From Bryobacterales bacterium (GTDB lineage Bacteria > Acidobacteriota > Terriglobia > Bryobacterales > UBA6623), in contig OY729427.2 of the NCBI GenBank assembly GCA_963422375.2, forward strand, positions 1,568,001 through 1,632,000: a DNA stretch of 64,000 bases, in the 5' to 3' direction. The notes under the pieces were generated by a model. That model searched no databases and was not told the DNA's origin. It saw only the letters and a list, made by a program, of their open reading frames with translations. Made by a program: the position numbers and the translations under genes. Of this stretch, positions 36,801 through 47,166 are shown piece after piece. Within the stretch, counting starts at the first letter, position 1, and each line of letters opens with the position of its first letter.

Positions 36801-37540
36801 GGAGCCTGGGCGCTGGAGCTCGGAACCTGGTTCCAGATCAGGACGCGGCTGTTCTGCGTGTCCGCGACGAACAGCCGACCGCCGTCGAGCCACACGCCCT
36901 GCGGGCCGCGCATGCCCGTAGGCGAGGTTTCGGGGAAGCTGCCGGAGAAGTCCTGCTGCCCGAGTACGACATCCGGCTCGGTGCCGTTGACCGTCGGCAC
37001 GCCGTGCCAGATCAGGACCCGGTTGTTGTTGGTGTCGGCGACGGCCAGCCGCAGGCCGTCGCTGTGGATCGCGGAGGGGTTGTTCAGGCCCGGCGTGTCG
37101 GGCAGGTCCGACGAGGCCGTGGCGTCGAAGTCCGGCTGCCCGAGCACGGTGTCGGGCAGGCCCACGCAGGCGGGGCAGGGCCCGCGCTGCGGCAGCAGCT
37201 GCTCGGGCGGCGGCACGAATCCCGCGACGTTCTCGTAGATCAGGATGCGGTTGTTCACCGGCAGGGCGCCGAGGCGATTGCCGTCGGCGACGAACAGGCG
37301 GTTCCCCGCGTAGGCGACGCCCTGGGCGGCGCCGAGCACATTCCGGCTGGACCTCGGGTCCTGCCGCGTGAAGCTCTCCTGGCCGATCACGAGGCGCGCG
37401 CCTTGGTTGGTCACCCAGACGGGGCCTCGGTCCGCCGGGCCGGCGGGCGGCGGGACCTGCGCGCCCGCCGGGCCGGGGAAGATCGCCAGCCCGGCAGCCA
37501 GCGCAGCGGCGGGGAACGCCTTGAATTGGTCGAGTCGCAT
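33857..37540 (-). CDS. Large secreted NHL-repeat / TIGR03437-like surface protein
   Basis: Signal peptide; repeats LFVADxxNxRVLIW..PDxVLGQPDF; SESQINFQLPWE, YATGLG, VGVYEV; alternative TTG start at 37555. Confidence 0.82.
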   Translation of the reverse strand: MRLDQFKAFPAAALAAGLAIFPGPAGAQVPPPAGPADRGPVWVTNQGARLVIGQESFTRQDPRSSRNVLGAAQGVAYAGNRLFVADGNRLGALPVNNRILIYENVAGFVPPPEQLLPQRGPCPACVGLPDTVLGQPDFDATASSDLPDTPGLNNPSAIHSDGLRLAVADTNNNRVLIWHGVPTVNGTEPDVVLGQQDFSGSFPETSPTGMRGPQGVWLDGGRLFVADTQNSRVLIWNQVPSSSAQAPDLVLGQPDLHTRHEADLTKGVYEADEKRMLDPVSVSVSDGRLFVADLGFNRVLIYNSVPVQSYAPADVVVGQPDFSSSEPNNSEALCRALGPLDDDGSRSENETPPTNVPLAVPLPPQKAAIDPDEVRYPKRCEGTLNFPRFALAVGQRLFVADSGNDRILVYHQIPQRNGAKADLVIGQPNFVQLTESEGPGSVRSPSSMAYDGHNLYVADPFTRRILVFTPGLDQIDLDGVRNAAAVRIRSRGHLEFDQALPVDISDTPQDESQLPPVLPGGEEVKITLDGIELFHTTTAGESAEDVRDRVVDLINSEPTLPVTAYSTLGVGRHATGTIRFGGEARPGDFVELDINGRKYSYTVPEGDIPERLVDRLNYLVDQGDDPEVIVERKIDQIETLELVHKSVGPVGNRLPFSIRITPGSPTTAEASGPTLARGKVSYRANLVAKKEGPTGNWTQVEMRHAGTELEANTSGSRLTGGSDARDLPPGTIASIFGTDLAEGHTGVPDGEELPREIDGVQVLANGAVAPLQMVSESQINFQLPWELQGTGHSFQVRRVMPDGSVRVSAARAVQSVRAAPGLFDLPGEEPRRALAFHGDGIAEGTVAVTVPDRPRDMRSGNDDPKLNWTREGAEGRIVINGREYVYRSPGDEHAEQIRDRFIELINAGDGDPEVVASAGTVGFFSARADFDFEGESRAGDSVTITVRDRSYTYTLTEEDAANKDRALLIMRNILVRSVNAGVGDPEVTARVLQVVGSVKMQIVARSLGSDGNEIPYGFEVSQGAGIQVTTNRENGLLEDGNTPPVVILRAREPGKQANSISYAARGTEVPQDDPNTPDVNERTEADVMLTLSARGTHLCCGNEPYSPITPQNPLVPGQLMIVYATGLGLTDNQEAVETGRPTPEGTVAKVPLVADDFVSSQFGGRTAQVEFVGLSAGKVGVYEVHLRTNTDLNDNPATPLWIAQGLFISNTVTLPVENLVPRPPADF

Positions 37541-37551
37541 TGCGGTGCTTG

Positions 37552-38340
37552 TCAAACGGCCTTGACGAGGCCGCCGTCGATCATCGTGGAGGTGCCCGTG
37601 ACGTAGCTCGCCTTCTCGGAGCAGAGGAACGCGACCACGGCGGCGAACTCCTCGGGCCGACCCACGCGGCGCAGAGCCGTCTGGCTCGCGAGCCGCTCGA
37701 TCATCTCGTCGCGATCCACGCCGGCGCGGTCCGCGCGGCGCTGGGCGATGCTGAGCAGGCGGTCGGTCGCGACAAGCCCGGGCCCGGCATTGTTGAAGAG
37801 GATGTTGTCCGGGCCGTACTCGGCGGCCAAGGTCTTGAGCATGCCCACGACCGCGGCCCGCACGCCGTTGGAGAGGATCAGCCCCTCGATCGGCTGGCGT
37901 ACGGAAGTGGACGTCAGGGCGACCACCCGCCCCCAGCGCTGGGCGCGCATGTCCGGCAGGACGGCCCGGATCAGCGCCCAGGCGCTGAGGAAGTTCAGGC
38001 GGAAGGCGGACGCCCAGTCGTCGGCCCCGAAGTCCGCGAAGCTGCCGCCCGGAGGGCCGCCGGCATTGGCGACCGCGATGCTCAACGGGCCGAGCCGCTC
38101 GCGGGCGTCGGCAACGAACGCCTCCACTGCCGCGGTGTCGCTGACATCCGCGGCGGCATGGTAGACCGTCGCGGAATGCCGCTCGCGGATGGCCCGGGCG
38201 GTCGCCGCGACGGCGGCCGGGTCGCGGGAGCAGATCGCCAGCTTGCAGCCCTCCGCCGCCAGCGCTTCGGCGATGGCCCTGCCCATGCCACGGCTGGCGG
38301 CCGTCACGACCGCGGCCCGGTTCCGAATTCCCAAGTCCAT
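37552..38340 (-). CDS. SDR-family oxidoreductase
   Basis: VTAASRGMG, NAGGPP, ASYVTG..IDGG. Confidence 0.9.
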   Translation of the reverse strand: MDLGIRNRAAVVTAASRGMGRAIAEALAAEGCKLAICSRDPAAVAATARAIRERHSATVYHAAADVSDTAAVEAFVADARERLGPLSIAVANAGGPPGGSFADFGADDWASAFRLNFLSAWALIRAVLPDMRAQRWGRVVALTSTSVRQPIEGLILSNGVRAAVVGMLKTLAAEYGPDNILFNNAGPGLVATDRLLSIAQRRADRAGVDRDEMIERLASQTALRRVGRPEEFAAVVAFLCSEKASYVTGTSTMIDGGLVKAV

Positions 38341-38433
38341 GGATTCTCTTGCGGTAGCGCGGTCGGGACCGATCGGGCGCTTGCAGAGCGGGCGGCGGCA
38401 GGGATTCCTGCGGCTGCCTAGCGAGCTACGCAG

Positions 38434-38793
38434 TCAAGTGCCCGACGGTTTCCTCAGATAGCTATCGTCGCCGCGGACCCAGTCGTCCCGCACCGGTTGG
38501 AACACGTCCATCGCGACGGAGTCCTCGAGGGCCTCGACGCGGTGCGGCTCCCGGGAAGGGATCTCGACGAGATCCCCCGGTCCGGCCGTGATCTCCCGGT
38601 CATCGAACTGGAACAGCAGCGAGCCCTCCAGCACGTGGCTGATCTGCTCGTTCTCGTGACTGTGGCGAGGGACGACGGCCCCTTTCCTGAGCAGGATCCT
38701 CGCGGTCGTCATGCGCTGGCTATGAATCACGCGCCGGGAGGCGGTGTCGCTGAGACGCTCCAGTTCCACTTCGTCCCAAGAATGCAGCTTCAT
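38434..38793 (-). CDS. Cupin-domain protein
   Basis: PRHSHENEQ..IPSREPHRV..DVFQPVR. Confidence 0.88.
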   Translation of the reverse strand: MKLHSWDEVELERLSDTASRRVIHSQRMTTARILLRKGAVVPRHSHENEQISHVLEGSLLFQFDDREITAGPGDLVEIPSREPHRVEALEDSVAMDVFQPVRDDWVRGDDSYLRKPSGT

Positions 38794-39044
38794 GGCCCGC
38801 TACCGGACGGCGGTGCCGCCCGAACCCCTCGCAACTAACCAATTATACGGCAACCCCGCGCCTTCGCCTCGTCCCGTCGCCGGGTCCGGGACGGGCGGAA
38901 GACTTGCATCCGACTTGACGGAGCGCGCCGGATCGTCCGTCGCCGGGCGCCGCCGGGCGAGGGCAGCTGCAGCTTCCCCGCCGGGGAGGGGACGCGCAGC
39001 GCGTGGACCGCCGGGCGTGCGCTAGAATGGCATTCGCCGCGGGC

Positions 39045-39332
39045 ATGGAACAGGCCAAGAGCATTCTGCCGCGCCTGCTGCACCACGGCACGCCAGTCTT
39101 CACCAACCTGGAATTGATCCAGGGCTACTGGCAGGAGGCAGTGGGGCCGCTGCTGGCCGTGCGGTCCGCTCCCGTCCGGCTCGCAGGCGGCTGGCTGGCG
39201 GTGGACGTCGAAGGGCTCCCCTGGCTGGAACTCATGACACCGATGCGGTCGCAGATCGTCGAGTGCCTGCGGTCCGAGCTGCCGGACATCGTGGTGCGCG
39301 GAATCCGCTTCCGGCTCAAGGAACCCGCCTGA
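39045..39332 (+). CDS. dciA: DciA/DUF721 replicative helicase operator
   Basis: WQEAVGPLLA.RS.PVRL.GG.L.V.V..PW..M..I..L..IRFR. Confidence 0.75.
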   Translation: MEQAKSILPRLLHHGTPVFTNLELIQGYWQEAVGPLLAVRSAPVRLAGGWLAVDVEGLPWLELMTPMRSQIVECLRSELPDIVVRGIRFRLKEPA

Positions 39333-39354
39333 CGGCGCGAAGGCTGCGGCGCGC

Positions 39355-39651
39355 ATGAAGATCACTCCCGAACAAGTGCGGAAGGTCGCGAGGCTGGCGA
39401 ACCTGCGCCTGAGCGGAGAGGAGACCGTTCGGTACGCCGCGGACCTCGAAGAAATCCTAGCGTACGTCGACCAGCTCAACGAACTCGACACCTTCGGCGT
39501 GGAACCGATGGCGCAGGTGCTGCACGAAGGCAACGCAGCCCCGTTGCGACCGGACGCGCCCGGCCCGAGCCTCGACCAAGCCACGGCGCTGCGCTGCGCG
39601 CCGCTCGCGGGGGCAGGCCATTTCAAGGTTCCCAAGGTGATCGACCGCTGA
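39355..39651 (+). CDS. gatC: Asp/Glu-tRNA amidotransferase subunit C
   Basis: VRKVARLANL..IL.YVDQLNELDT..FKVPKVI. Confidence 0.94.
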   Translation: MKITPEQVRKVARLANLRLSGEETVRYAADLEEILAYVDQLNELDTFGVEPMAQVLHEGNAAPLRPDAPGPSLDQATALRCAPLAGAGHFKVPKVIDR

Positions 39652-39659
39652 GGCGCCCG

Positions 39660-41108
39660 ATGGAGGACTACCGCGAACTCACGATCGAGTCGATCCGGCG
39701 AGGGCTGCTGGACCGGCGCTTCAGCGCGACGGAACTGGCCCGGGAGGCGCTGCGCGTGGGCGAGGCCGAGAACGGCTCGTCCGGCGTGTTCATCAGCTTC
39801 ACCCCGGAACGGGCGCTCGCGGCGGCCGCACGCGTCGACAGCAAGGTCGCCGCCGGGGAGGACACCGGCCCGCTCGGGGGGGTGCCGCTGGCCGTCAAGG
39901 ACGTGATCATGACCGCGGGCGAGCGCACGACCTGCGCCTCGCGGGCCCTCGAGGACTTCGTCGCGCCCTACGACGCGACGGCGGTCGAGAGAGTGGAACG
40001 AGCCGGCGCGGTCATCGTGGGGAAGACCAACTGCGACGAGTTCGCGATGGGGTCGTCGAACGAGAACTCGGCGTTCTACCCCGCGCGCAATCCAGCCGCC
40101 CCGGACCGCGTGCCGGGCGGGTCGAGCGGCGGGTCGGCAGCCGCGGTGGCGGGAGGCTACGCGCCGATCTCGCTCGGCTCGGACACGGGAGGTTCCATCC
40201 GGCAGCCGGCCTCGTTCTGCGGAGCCGTCGGAGTCATGCCGACCTACGGGCGCGTCTCCCGGTACGGACTGGTGGCGTTCGCGAGCTCCCTCGACCACAT
40301 CGGGCCGCTGTCGAGAACCGTCCGCGACTCTGCCGCCGTGCTGGGCGTCATCGCCGGAGCCGATCCCTACGACTCGACCGCGGCTGGCCTGGAGGTTCCC
40401 GACTACGCCGACCGCCTCGAGGCGGACGCGAGCGGGCTGAGAATCGGCGTCCCGCGCGAGTACTTCGCCGAGGGCTTGGAGCGAGAGGTCGGCGCGCGAA
40501 TCGAAGCGGGGATCGCGCTCCTCGAGCGTCTGGGCTGCAAGGCAGTCGAGATCAGCCTGCCGCACACCAAGTACGCTATCGCGAGCTACTACCTGATCTG
40601 CACCGCCGAGGCCAGCTCCAACCTCGCGCGATACGACGGCGTACGCTATTCCGCCCGGTCGGCGGAATCCGGCACGCTGAGCGATATGTATCGGAATTCG
40701 CGCGCCGAGGGTTTCGGCCCCGAAGTCACTCGACGGATCATTCTCGGCACCTACGTGCTCAGCGCGGGGTACTACGACGCCTACTACCGCAAGGCGCAGG
40801 AGGTTCGCGCTCTCGTTGCCCGCGACTTCGCTCGAGCCTTCGAGAAGGTAGACGCAATCGTGGCCCCGGTATCGCCGTTCCCGGCATTCAAGCTCGGCGA
40901 GAAGACCAGCGACCCGCTGCAGATGTACCTCTCCGACATCTACACGATCACGGGCAGCCTGGCGGGCATCGCCGGGATGAGCGTTCCGTGCGGCAAGAGC
41001 CGGGAGGGCCTGCCGGTGGGGATGCAGATCCTGACCAACCACTTCCGGGAGCAGACGATGCTCAACCTCGGCCACGCGTTCGAGGCGGCGGGCGGATTCG
41101 AAGGGTGA
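39660..41108 (+). CDS. gatA: Asp/Glu-tRNA amidotransferase subunit A
   Basis: GKTNCDEFAMGSS, PGGSSGGS, GSDTGGSIRQP, SSNLARYDG. Confidence 0.96.
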   Translation: MEDYRELTIESIRRGLLDRRFSATELAREALRVGEAENGSSGVFISFTPERALAAAARVDSKVAAGEDTGPLGGVPLAVKDVIMTAGERTTCASRALEDFVAPYDATAVERVERAGAVIVGKTNCDEFAMGSSNENSAFYPARNPAAPDRVPGGSSGGSAAAVAGGYAPISLGSDTGGSIRQPASFCGAVGVMPTYGRVSRYGLVAFASSLDHIGPLSRTVRDSAAVLGVIAGADPYDSTAAGLEVPDYADRLEADASGLRIGVPREYFAEGLEREVGARIEAGIALLERLGCKAVEISLPHTKYAIASYYLICTAEASSNLARYDGVRYSARSAESGTLSDMYRNSRAEGFGPEVTRRIILGTYVLSAGYYDAYYRKAQEVRALVARDFARAFEKVDAIVAPVSPFPAFKLGEKTSDPLQMYLSDIYTITGSLAGIAGMSVPCGKSREGLPVGMQILTNHFREQTMLNLGHAFEAAGGFEG

Positions 41109-41298
41109 CGGCCCGACGACCGGCCGCACGACGACCGCCGCTTGCTCGCGAGCGCGCGCTCGCGGACGTCCCGCAGGCTCCCGGGCGTCCCCGGTGTTCC
41201 CTTCCCCCGGTCGGCGCGATGCCGCCCGGAGACCGGGCAGGAAACGATGCGCCGCGAGGTCGGGACCCGCTCTGAGCGGAGGTCGGACCGAGCGGGCG

Positions 41299-42027
41299 AT
41301 GCCGGGCGGAGTCATCTACCTAGTCGCCACGCCGCTCGGGAACCTCGAAGACATCACGGCCCGCGCTCTTCGAATCCTCCGGGAAGTCGACCTGGTCGCG
41401 TGCGAGGATACCCGCCACACCGGGCGGCTGCTGAAGCATTTCGAAATCCACAAGCCTCTGATCAGCTGCCACGAGCGCAACGAGGCGCGCCGGGCCGAGC
41501 AAATCGTCGCGAGAGCGCTGGAAGGATCGGCCGTGGCGCTCGTCTCGGACGCCGGGACCCCCGCGATTTCCGATCCGGGCTACCGCGTGGTCCGAGCGGC
41601 CATCGACAGCCACGTGCCCGTCGTTCCGGTGCCGGGACCCAGCGCCGCCGTCACCGCTCTCGTCGCTTCGGGGCTCCCCACCTCCGGCTACCTGTTCAGG
41701 GGCTTCCTGCCTCCGAAGAAGGCCCGGAGGCAGGCGGCATTGCGATCCGCGCGGCTCGCTGACGCGACGACGATCTACTACGAGTCACCGCACCGCATCC
41801 TCGACACGCTGCGGGACCTGAATGACATTCTCGGAGCACGAAAAGTCGTGCTGGCGCGGGAACTCACCAAGCTGCACGAGGAGTTCCTGAGGGGCACGGC
41901 AGGCGCGATCTACGAAGAGATGGCGGGCAGGGCCTCGATCAAGGGAGAGTTCGTCGTGCTTGTCGGGCCGGAGGAGCGCGGGGCCGCGCGGTCGCGGCGA
42001 GCGCGCGAAGGCTCCCCGTCCTGCTGA
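41299..42027 (+). CDS. rsmI: 16S rRNA C1402 2'-O-methyltransferase
   Basis: LVATPLGNLEDIT, CEDTR, VSDAGTPAISDPG, RELTKLHEE. Confidence 0.93.
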   Translation: MPGGVIYLVATPLGNLEDITARALRILREVDLVACEDTRHTGRLLKHFEIHKPLISCHERNEARRAEQIVARALEGSAVALVSDAGTPAISDPGYRVVRAAIDSHVPVVPVPGPSAAVTALVASGLPTSGYLFRGFLPPKKARRQAALRSARLADATTIYYESPHRILDTLRDLNDILGARKVVLARELTKLHEEFLRGTAGAIYEEMAGRASIKGEFVVLVGPEERGAARSRRAREGSPSC

Positions 42028-42097
42028 AGCAGCCGGCGGCGGCGAGGGACCGAGACCTCCCCGGCTGCAGCCGCTCGCGCCCGGGTCCCGGGCGGAC

Positions 42098-43836
42098 TCA
42101 AGCCCTCGGCCCGGCCATGCGGTCGCTCAGCTTGAAACCCTCGTGCCAAGTCGAATCCGCGCCGGCCCCGATGCGGCGGATGACCGCTTCGACCATGTAC
42201 GGCTCGCCGCCGCGGACCGCCTGCCTGCCGCGCTTGAGAGCGCCCTCGAGCTCGGTCGGCGTGGTCGCGCGCTCCCCCATCACGCCCTGGCTGGAAGCCA
42301 GCTGCACGAAATCGATGTCCGGGTCGCCGAGATACATCCCCGCGTACTTCCCCGTGGCTGCCATGCGGCCGTTGTAGCGGTGGAAGCCGCCTCGGACGGT
42401 CTGGTAGTTGCGGTTGTTCCAGACGACCGTGCAGAACGGCACTCCGTAGCGCGCCTGGGACCAGAAGGCGCTCGACTGGTACATGACCGCGCCGTCGCCG
42501 ATCGAGCAGACCACCGTGCGGTCGGGGGCAGCGAGCTTGGCGCCGATCGCCGCGCCGAGGCCCCAGCCGAGCGAGTTGCCGGTGTACCCGATCCAAGTCG
42601 GGTCGCCGTCTCCGTGACCCCAGTGAAAGTTGTTGTGCTGGTTGTAACCCGAATGCACCTCTCCGACGACGATAGCGTTGCGGTCCACGGTCCGAGCCAT
42701 CACGTGCGTCATCTCGTCGGGATGCATCGGATCCAGGCCGAAGTTTCCCCGCGCGTTCGCATCGAAGCGGGTCCATATCCTCGCGGTGATTCCGCGAACC
42801 TTCTCGCCGCGATCTCTGCCGAAACCCTCCAGGCGCCCCCGCGGGATCCTGCTCTCCAGCGCGGCGTCCAAGTCGGCAAGGGACGCCTTGACGTCGGCGA
42901 CCAGCGCGAGATCGGTCGGGTAGTTGCGGCCCATGTTGCCCGTGTTCAGCCCGACGCCACCGGCACGCGGTACTTCTCCGCGAACGAGACCATCTCCGCC
43001 TGGGCGCCGGACTTCCAGACCTCGTCCCCGACCACGACGACTGGCCGCCTCGCACGCAGCAGCCAGTCGGCCGCCCGCTCAACCGCCGCTTCCTCAGGGC
43101 GAGGCCTGGCGGACATCAGGAACCGTTCCCCGGGCACGATCCGCGAGGTCACTCCCTTGGTCTCCAGCGCGCCGTTCGTCATCGCCAGGTAGACGGGTCC
43201 GCCCGGGGCGGTCGTCGCGACCCTGTAGGCCCGGCGCAGCATCATGACGAGGCTGCGCGCGTCGCGGGACTCCCAGCAGAACTTTGTGAACTGGCGCGGC
43301 ACGTCCTTCTGGTCGAAGCCCGGGCGGGGAGCCAGAATGCCCTCGTCGCTCCAGAGCTCGTTATCGAGCATCCCGGCGGTCACCACCACGGCCGACCCGT
43401 CGCGACTCGCGTTGTAGAGCTGCCCGCCCATCTGGGCCGTGCCGGCGATGACATGCACGTTGACGAAGGCCGGCTTGAGGCTCGCGCGATGGTAGCCGTC
43501 CGCCATGGCGACGACGATCCCCTCGTGCAAGCCCATGATGAGCGGGACACCGGACTCGACCTGGGCGTCGAAAAGGCCGACCTCGAAGGAGCCCGGGTTA
43601 GTGAAGAGGAACTCCGAGCCAGCGGCCTTCGCCTGGGCCATGACCAGCTCGCCGCCGCTGCCCGTCAATTCCCTCGCTCCTGGCGCCGCGAGGCCCGAAC
43701 CCTCCGTCTAGGCCGCGTCGAGCGACTCGAGCAGCGACCGAGTCGCCGCCACTGTCAGGCCGATTGACGCAAGCTCGCGCGCCAGGCCGCGCCGCGTCAG
43801 TTCCTTGTCGAAGAATTGTCGGACCAGATGCTGCAA
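42098..43836 (-). pseudogene. Thiamine-diphosphate enzyme (benzoylformate decarboxylase-like) pseudogene
   Basis: FTNPGSFE, LHEGIVVAMADG, IGDGAVMY..WNN; in-frame TAG at 43708-10; frameshifting deletion near 42950; TRR leader. Confidence 0.8.
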
Positions 43837-43937
43837 TTTCGAGCCCTCCGAGCGCGGATGCAACGCCATGATACGGCAGCAAGGGCCGGGCGGGAGCCCG
43901 CGCCGACCGCCGAGGCATCGGTTAACATGGGCCAATC

Positions 43938-44582
43938 ATGCGAAACCAGATCGCTTCCGTCGCATTGGCGCTCGCGCTGGGCGCGACGCTCGGCGCCCAG
44001 GACCGCCCCCGGCCGCGCGTTCTCGGACCCGCGTGGATCTCGCTGTTCAACGGCACGGACCTGACTAATTGGAGGAAGGTCGGCCGGGAGAGCTGGGAAG
44101 TGATCGACGGCGCAATCCTCGGCCAAGGAGTCACCAAGGAGTACGGCTACCTAGCCACGGAGCGCTCCTACCGGGATTTCCACCTGTCGCTGCGCTTCAA
44201 GTGCGAGGCCGACGGCAATAGCGGCGTCTACGTCCACACGACCTTCGACGGCGACTCCCCCCGCATCGTCGCCGGACGCCAGATCGAGATCGACCGGACA
44301 CTCGGCCGTCACACCGGCGGCATCTACGGAGACGGCAAGGGCTGGATCGCGTGGCCGTCCCCGCAGTACGAGACGGTGATCCGCCCGTTCGATTGGAACG
44401 ACATGCTCATCGAGGTCGAAGGGAACCACTACGTGGTCCATCTGAACGGGATCCGCGTGCTGGACTTCACCTACCCGTCTCCGGTCGCAGAGGAAGGGGT
44501 CATCGCCTTCCAGCTCCATTCGGGCGGCCAGGGCAGAATGCGTTTCAAGGACATCTTCGTCCGCGACCTGAGCGCCGACTGA
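43938..44582 (+). CDS. DUF1080 (3-keto-disaccharide hydrolase) secreted protein
   Basis: SLFNGTDLTNW, GNSGV, TGGIYG, WN, GVIAFQLH. Confidence 0.9.
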   Translation: MRNQIASVALALALGATLGAQDRPRPRVLGPAWISLFNGTDLTNWRKVGRESWEVIDGAILGQGVTKEYGYLATERSYRDFHLSLRFKCEADGNSGVYVHTTFDGDSPRIVAGRQIEIDRTLGRHTGGIYGDGKGWIAWPSPQYETVIRPFDWNDMLIEVEGNHYVVHLNGIRVLDFTYPSPVAEEGVIAFQLHSGGQGRMRFKDIFVRDLSAD

Positions 44583-44602
44583 CCCGTCCGGCGCTTGTCG
44601 GC

Positions 44603-46024
44603 TCAGGCTAGGATGCCATCCACGATTTCGCCATGCACGTCGGTTAGCCGCATGTCGCGGCCGCTATAGCGGTACGTCAGCTGCTTGTGATCCAGGCCTA
44701 GAAGGTGCAGCATCGTGGCGTGCAAGTCGTGGAGGTGGACCTTGCTCTCGACCGCGAAGTAGGCGTACTCGTCCGTCGCGCCGTACGCCATCCCGCCCTT
44801 GACGCCCCCTCCGGCCAACCACATCGTGAAGCCGAAGGGATTGTGGTCCCGCCCGGTGGTTTCGTCGAACGCCCCCCCGTTCGTCTGGGCCGTCGGCGTG
44901 CGACCGAACTCCCCTCCCCAGACGACAAGCGTCGAGTCGAGCAGCCCGCGACTCTTGAGGTCCTTCAGCAGGGCCGCGATCGGCTTGTCCGTCGCCCTCG
45001 CGTTGACCCGGTGACCCTCTTCCAGGCGCTGGTGCTGGTCCCAGCGGTCCTGGCCCTTGCGTTGTGGCGTCAGCAGCTCGATGAATCGAACGCCCCGCTC
45101 GACCATGCGACGCGCCAGCAGGCACTGCCGTCCGAACTCGCTCGTGTCGTCCTCGTCCAGGCCGTACATCGCCTTGGTCGCCTCGGACTCGCCCACCAAG
45201 TCCAGCAGCTCGGGTACCGCGGCCTGCATGCGGAAGGCCAGTTCGTAGTTCGAAATCGTGGCCTCGATCCCGCTCACCGTGCCGAGGCGCCGGACCACGC
45301 CGCGGTTTAGCCTGCGAATCAGGTCCAGCTTGCCCGCCTGCACGGCGGTGTCGGACTCGAGCGGCACGATGTCGGCGATGGGGTGCTCCCCGCGACGGAA
45401 CAGGGTGCCTTGGTAGGAGGCAGGCAGGAACCCGCTGCCGAAGCAGTCCATCCCTCCCGGCGGTATCAGGCCGCTGTCCAGCACGACGAACCCCGGCAGG
45501 TCGTCGCACTCGCTGCCCAGCCCGTACGTGACCCACGCGCCCATGGAGGGGCGGCCCTGGAATCCCGAGCCCGTGTGCAGGAAGTAATTTCCGGCGGTGT
45601 GCTCGGAATGGTCGGCCACCATCGAGCGGATCACGCACAGGTCGTCCGCGCACTCCGCCACATGCGGGAACAGCTCGCTGACCCACAGGCCCGACTCGCC
45701 GTGCCGGCCGAACTCGAACGGCGAGCCGAAGACCTTGTCGGTGATGTTGAAGACGGTCGTCGGCAGCTCGGGCAGCTGGATCGGCTGGCCGTGCTCCTCG
45801 CGCAGCCGCGGCTTCGGGTCGAAGCTGTCCATCTGGCCCGGGCCGCCGTCCATGTAAAGGAAGATGACGCTCCTCGCCCGAGCCGGGAAATGCGGCGGCC
45901 GCACGGCCATCGGATCCTCGAGGCGGCTCGGCTCGGAGCGGGCCCGCTGCTCGGACATCAGGGCCGCGAGCGCCAGGCCGCCGAAGCCGTTGGCGCTTCC
46001 CGTCAGCCACTCCCTGCGTGTCAT
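44603..46024 (-). CDS. DUF1501-family protein (second copy) with Tat signal
   Basis: [38 protein letters not shown]. Confidence 0.92.
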   Translation of the reverse strand: MTRREWLTGSANGFGGLALAALMSEQRARSEPSRLEDPMAVRPPHFPARARSVIFLYMDGGPGQMDSFDPKPRLREEHGQPIQLPELPTTVFNITDKVFGSPFEFGRHGESGLWVSELFPHVAECADDLCVIRSMVADHSEHTAGNYFLHTGSGFQGRPSMGAWVTYGLGSECDDLPGFVVLDSGLIPPGGMDCFGSGFLPASYQGTLFRRGEHPIADIVPLESDTAVQAGKLDLIRRLNRGVVRRLGTVSGIEATISNYELAFRMQAAVPELLDLVGESEATKAMYGLDEDDTSEFGRQCLLARRMVERGVRFIELLTPQRKGQDRWDQHQRLEEGHRVNARATDKPIAALLKDLKSRGLLDSTLVVWGGEFGRTPTAQTNGGAFDETTGRDHNPFGFTMWLAGGGVKGGMAYGATDEYAYFAVESKVHLHDLHATMLHLLGLDHKQLTYRYSGRDMRLTDVHGEIVDGILA

Positions 46025-46080
46025 CCGCTCTCCATGTTAAGCGAAGCGTGCCGGGCCGCAACCGTACAATCGTGGAAGCA

Positions 46081-47166
46081 ATGGAGTTGAAAGTACTGGT
46101 CCTGCCCGGCGACGGTATCGGACCCGAGGTGACCCGGGAGGCCGTCCGAGTGCTCGGGCACGTTGCGGCCAAGTGGGGCCACGGGCTCAGCCTGCAGGAG
46201 GGCCTGCTCGGCGGGGTCGCGATCCGCGATACCGGCGGCCCGTTCCCGGAGGAGACGCGCGAACTCGCGCTGGCGTGCGACGCCACCCTGCTGGGTGCCG
46301 TCGGCCTGCCGGAATACGACGACCTGCCGCCGTCGGAACGCCCGGAGAAGGGCCTGCTGGGCTTGCGCAAGGCCTTGGACGTGTACGCGAACCTGCGCCC
46401 GGTCTACTGCTACGAGAGCCTGATCGAGTCCTCTCCCCTGAAGAACGACATCGTGCGGGGAACGGACATTCTGATCGTCCGCGAGCTGACGGGCGGGCTC
46501 TACTTCGGCCAGCCGCGCGGGGTGGAGGGCTCCGCAGGGGCGGAGACCGCCGTCAATTCCATGGTTTACACGAGCCGGGAGATCGAACGCGTCTGCCGCA
46601 TGGCCTTCGAGCTGGCGCGCAAGAGGCGCGGCCAGGTCACTTCCGTCGACAAGGCCAACGTGCTCGAGAACTCGCAGCTATGGCGACGGATCGCGAACGA
46701 GGTGGCGGCCGATTACCCGGACGTCCAACTCGAGCACATGCTGGTGGACAACTGCGCGATGCAGCTCCTGCTGCGCCCGACCCACTTCGACGTCGTCGTG
46801 ACCGAGAACCTCTTCGGCGACATTCTCAGCGACGAGGGCTCGGTGCTGGCCGGATCGATCGGCATGCTGCCGTCGGCGTCGATCGGCAACCGCCTCCCGA
46901 ACGGCGCTTGGCAGGGCCTGTTCGAACCGGTGCACGGATCAGCTCCGGATATCGCAGGCCAGGGCAAGGCGAACCCGCTGGCTGCGATCGGATCCGTGGC
47001 GGCGATGCTGAACTACAGCTTCGGCCTGACCGACGAAGCGTCGGCGGTGGAAGCGGCGATCCGCAGCGTCCTGGAAAGCGGACGGGTGACGGCTGACCTC
47101 AAGCCGAAGGGCCGGCCCGCTTCCACTAGCGAAGTCGGCCAAGCAATTCGCGATGCCATCGGCTGA
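46081..47166 (+). CDS. leuB: 3-isopropylmalate dehydrogenase
   Basis: [48 protein letters not shown]. Confidence 0.95.
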   Translation: MELKVLVLPGDGIGPEVTREAVRVLGHVAAKWGHGLSLQEGLLGGVAIRDTGGPFPEETRELALACDATLLGAVGLPEYDDLPPSERPEKGLLGLRKALDVYANLRPVYCYESLIESSPLKNDIVRGTDILIVRELTGGLYFGQPRGVEGSAGAETAVNSMVYTSREIERVCRMAFELARKRRGQVTSVDKANVLENSQLWRRIANEVAADYPDVQLEHMLVDNCAMQLLLRPTHFDVVVTENLFGDILSDEGSVLAGSIGMLPSASIGNRLPNGAWQGLFEPVHGSAPDIAGQGKANPLAAIGSVAAMLNYSFGLTDEASAVEAAIRSVLESGRVTADLKPKGRPASTSEVGQAIRDAIG

